From positions 1 to 27,828 of the forward strand of contig JBDKRC010000254.1 of NCBI GenBank assembly GCA_039683575.1: DNA of 27,828 bases. Direction: 5' to 3'. The stretch is from Armatimonadia bacterium (GTDB lineage Bacteria > Armatimonadota > Zipacnadia > Zipacnadales > UBA11051). The translations under genes were made by a program, and so were the position numbers. Below, piece after piece: positions 25,901 through 27,828 of the stretch. The notes beneath the pieces are model-generated. The model ran no database searches. It was given only the letters and a program-made list of their open reading frames with translations, and was not told where the DNA came from. Positions within the stretch are counted from its first letter, which is position 1, and each line of letters begins with the position of its first letter.

Positions 25901-27828
25901 ATGCGGGGTACACACGCGTTAGGTGCATCCAGATTCGCGCTGGTGGGGCTGGCACTGCTAACACTAATGGGCGCCGGCGCACAGGCGCAGACCACGTTTG
26001 AATACAATGTTCAACCGAGGACGATCCGTGCCTGCCGCCTGTTGATACCGTACCAGGATGGCGGCGGTGCGTGGGTCTCGCAGGGGATGACCGCACTACG
26101 CCCCCTGGATGATGTCCGGCATTCCCTCATCTTCGAGGGTATGAGGCGCTTCCCCGACCGTCCCACCGGTTGGGACATCGAAAACCCCTTCGCGGCGGGC
26201 AACTTCACCAAGAGCGACCCCGGATACTGGGAAGTCCAACTCGACCAGGCTGACCCAGTCGACAACGACACACTGCTGCCCATCCCCTGTTACGGTCCCC
26301 AGCTCAGCAATTACGACCTGATCTACATATACGCGGGCGGCGACGATGAGAATGGCGATCAGGTGCGCCTGAACCTCAATCGTGCGGTCTGGCGGCAGGC
26401 GCTGCTGCGGGCGGTGCAGGCGGGCGCGGTAGTCTGGATTGACCAGCGGCGTTCTGACGGGCCGAACTATGAGAGCGCTGGTACGGGGTTGGCGGTGCAG
26501 AGCTTTGCGCCTCCCGGGCCGGTAGAGGCAAACGGTACCGCGCCCTTTGACCTCACCGTGGCCGATCAGACCCAGGGAAGCTATCGCCGCTTCTACGCTG
26601 GCGACTACCCCGCCGATGCCAGCAACCTCCTGAGCATGACGCGGGACTGGCTGCTGCGCTACCCGTTCAAGCTTGATGAAGTCAATGATGTCCAGTACCT
26701 CGGGATGCTGCCGGCAGTCGTGAACACCGGCACGCGCGTGCCAGACACCGATGTCGAATCGGCCAGCCCCGACCGGGTCAGGCTTGACCTCGCCAACAAC
26801 GCCAACTATGGCTTCCGCAGCGCCGTAGTGGTCAGCGACGGCGGCGGCGGATGGTGGTCAAACATCGCTGTAGCCCGCTATGGGGCCGGCGCAATCGTCG
26901 TCAGCGCCAGTGACGTAGGCTACGATGTAGTTAACTGGTGGCGCGGAGCGATGCGCAACAGGCCGCGGCTGCAGGAAGCAGCCGACTGCCGCTTCGCCTG
27001 GAATGTGGCCGCCCTGGCCACGAACTTCGCCGAACGCGGCGGCAATGCCGCAAACACTGGCGTGACCGCTGCGACGGTGCCAGGGCCGCTGAGCATCAAC
27101 TGGCAGTTCCCGGATCGGTTCGAGAACCTGAATGACCGAAGCATCGGAGCGGTAGTGAGCACTCCGGCGGTCGGCCGCAACATGGTCTTTGCAGTCTCAC
27201 TGGCGCGTGTGACCAACCCCGCGAGGGACCCTCTCCTCATCGCCTTTGACGCCGATCCCGCCCAGGATCTGGACGGGGACGGGCGGGCGGACGATGGTGT
27301 CGCGGATTACGCCACCGGCCGTTCGTATGATGTCGTGTGGTCCACATCACTTGGGGCCGACTGGACGCCGCGGTGGTCATCACCCACAGTCACAACCATC
27401 CGCTGGGGCGGCTTTAACGTTGAAGTGGTGCTAGTCAGCGTTGCGGCTGTCAATCCCGGCAACGGCAGTAGGGGAGAGGTCAGGTGCTACCGGGCCTCTG
27501 ACGGGGCGCTGCTCTGGACCCGGTACGTGGACCCGTATGATAGCAATGGCACCGTTTTGGATGTGTCCACACCGGCGGTATACGGCGACTTTGCCTGCGT
27601 CGTGGCGAGCGAGCACTGGACGGGCGCTGAGGCTGGCGGTACCGGGATTGAGGATACCTACGGACGCGCCCACTGCTTCGCGCTGAGCTACGCCTGGAAC
27701 GCGGGCGATCAGGGCGGGCCGCAGTGGGTATACCCCAGTCCTTCGACTGACCCCAACGGGGACAGCGAGACCGACACGGCAATTGCCGAGCCCGCCAAGT
27801 CACTGCCGCCGTTCCAGGACCCATACTG
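25901..27828 (+). CDS. Large secreted protein with PQQ-like beta-propeller repeats (PilY1-analogous); partial, runs off the window
   Basis: Translated by hand: GGAGG RBS, signal peptide MRGTHALGASRFALVGLALLTLMGAGAQA, and no stop to the window end. Motifs include RGGNAANTG..LSINWQF, STPAVGRNMVF, CYRASDGALLW, STPAVYGD and DLDGDGRADDG. Confidence 0.85.
   Translation, partial: MRGTHALGASRFALVGLALLTLMGAGAQAQTTFEYNVQPRTIRACRLLIPYQDGGGAWVSQGMTALRPLDDVRHSLIFEGMRRFPDRPTGWDIENPFAAGNFTKSDPGYWEVQLDQADPVDNDTLLPIPCYGPQLSNYDLIYIYAGGDDENGDQVRLNLNRAVWRQALLRAVQAGAVVWIDQRRSDGPNYESAGTGLAVQSFAPPGPVEANGTAPFDLTVADQTQGSYRRFYAGDYPADASNLLSMTRDWLLRYPFKLDEVNDVQYLGMLPAVVNTGTRVPDTDVESASPDRVRLDLANNANYGFRSAVVVSDGGGGWWSNIAVARYGAGAIVVSASDVGYDVVNWWRGAMRNRPRLQEAADCRFAWNVAALATNFAERGGNAANTGVTAATVPGPLSINWQFPDRFENLNDRSIGAVVSTPAVGRNMVFAVSLARVTNPARDPLLIAFDADPAQDLDGDGRADDGVADYATGRSYDVVWSTSLGADWTPRWSSPTVTTIRWGGFNVEVVLVSVAAVNPGNGSRGEVRCYRASDGALLWTRYVDPYDSNGTVLDVSTPAVYGDFACVVASEHWTGAEAGGTGIEDTYGRAHCFALSYAWNAGDQGGPQWVYPSPSTDPNGDSETDTAIAEPAKSLPPFQDPY

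Noticed and set aside
25841-25902. Weak hairpin with TTTT, and a TATAAT before the last gene
   Set aside because: The stem is short and imperfect; the TATAAT overlaps the start codon and the -35 spacing is 19 nt
1125-27824. Numerous long antisense or alternative-frame ORFs (e.g. 1125..2156, 7492..8577, 22496..23854, 27480..27824)
   Set aside because: Shadow ORFs of high-GC genes; they overlap well-supported CDSs and carry no motifs

Overview
High-GC bacterial chromosomal window; the gene content suggests Armatimonadota, but that is inference. From left to right it holds: a divergent secreted hypothetical protein; a probable 6S RNA with a sigma70 promoter and terminator; rarA; an rsbV-rsbW-sigB/sigF partner-switching cassette; an AI-2E transporter; and the housekeeping run alaS-ruvX-mltG-yqeG-aroE. 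A type IVa pilus locus follows: pilB, pilT, pilC, pilD, five prepilin-like genes (three of them giant, 560-1057 aa), and a large secreted beta-propeller protein that runs off the right edge and is missing from the ORF track. The most notable observation is an identical SigB/SigF-type promoter, CAGGTTT-N16-GGGTAGA, upstream of both the pilB operon and the pilin cluster. This suggests the neighbouring stress sigma factor controls an unusual pilus whose tip may be built from giant minor pilins, one of them ComZ-like. No CRISPR array, tRNA, rRNA or transposase was recognised.
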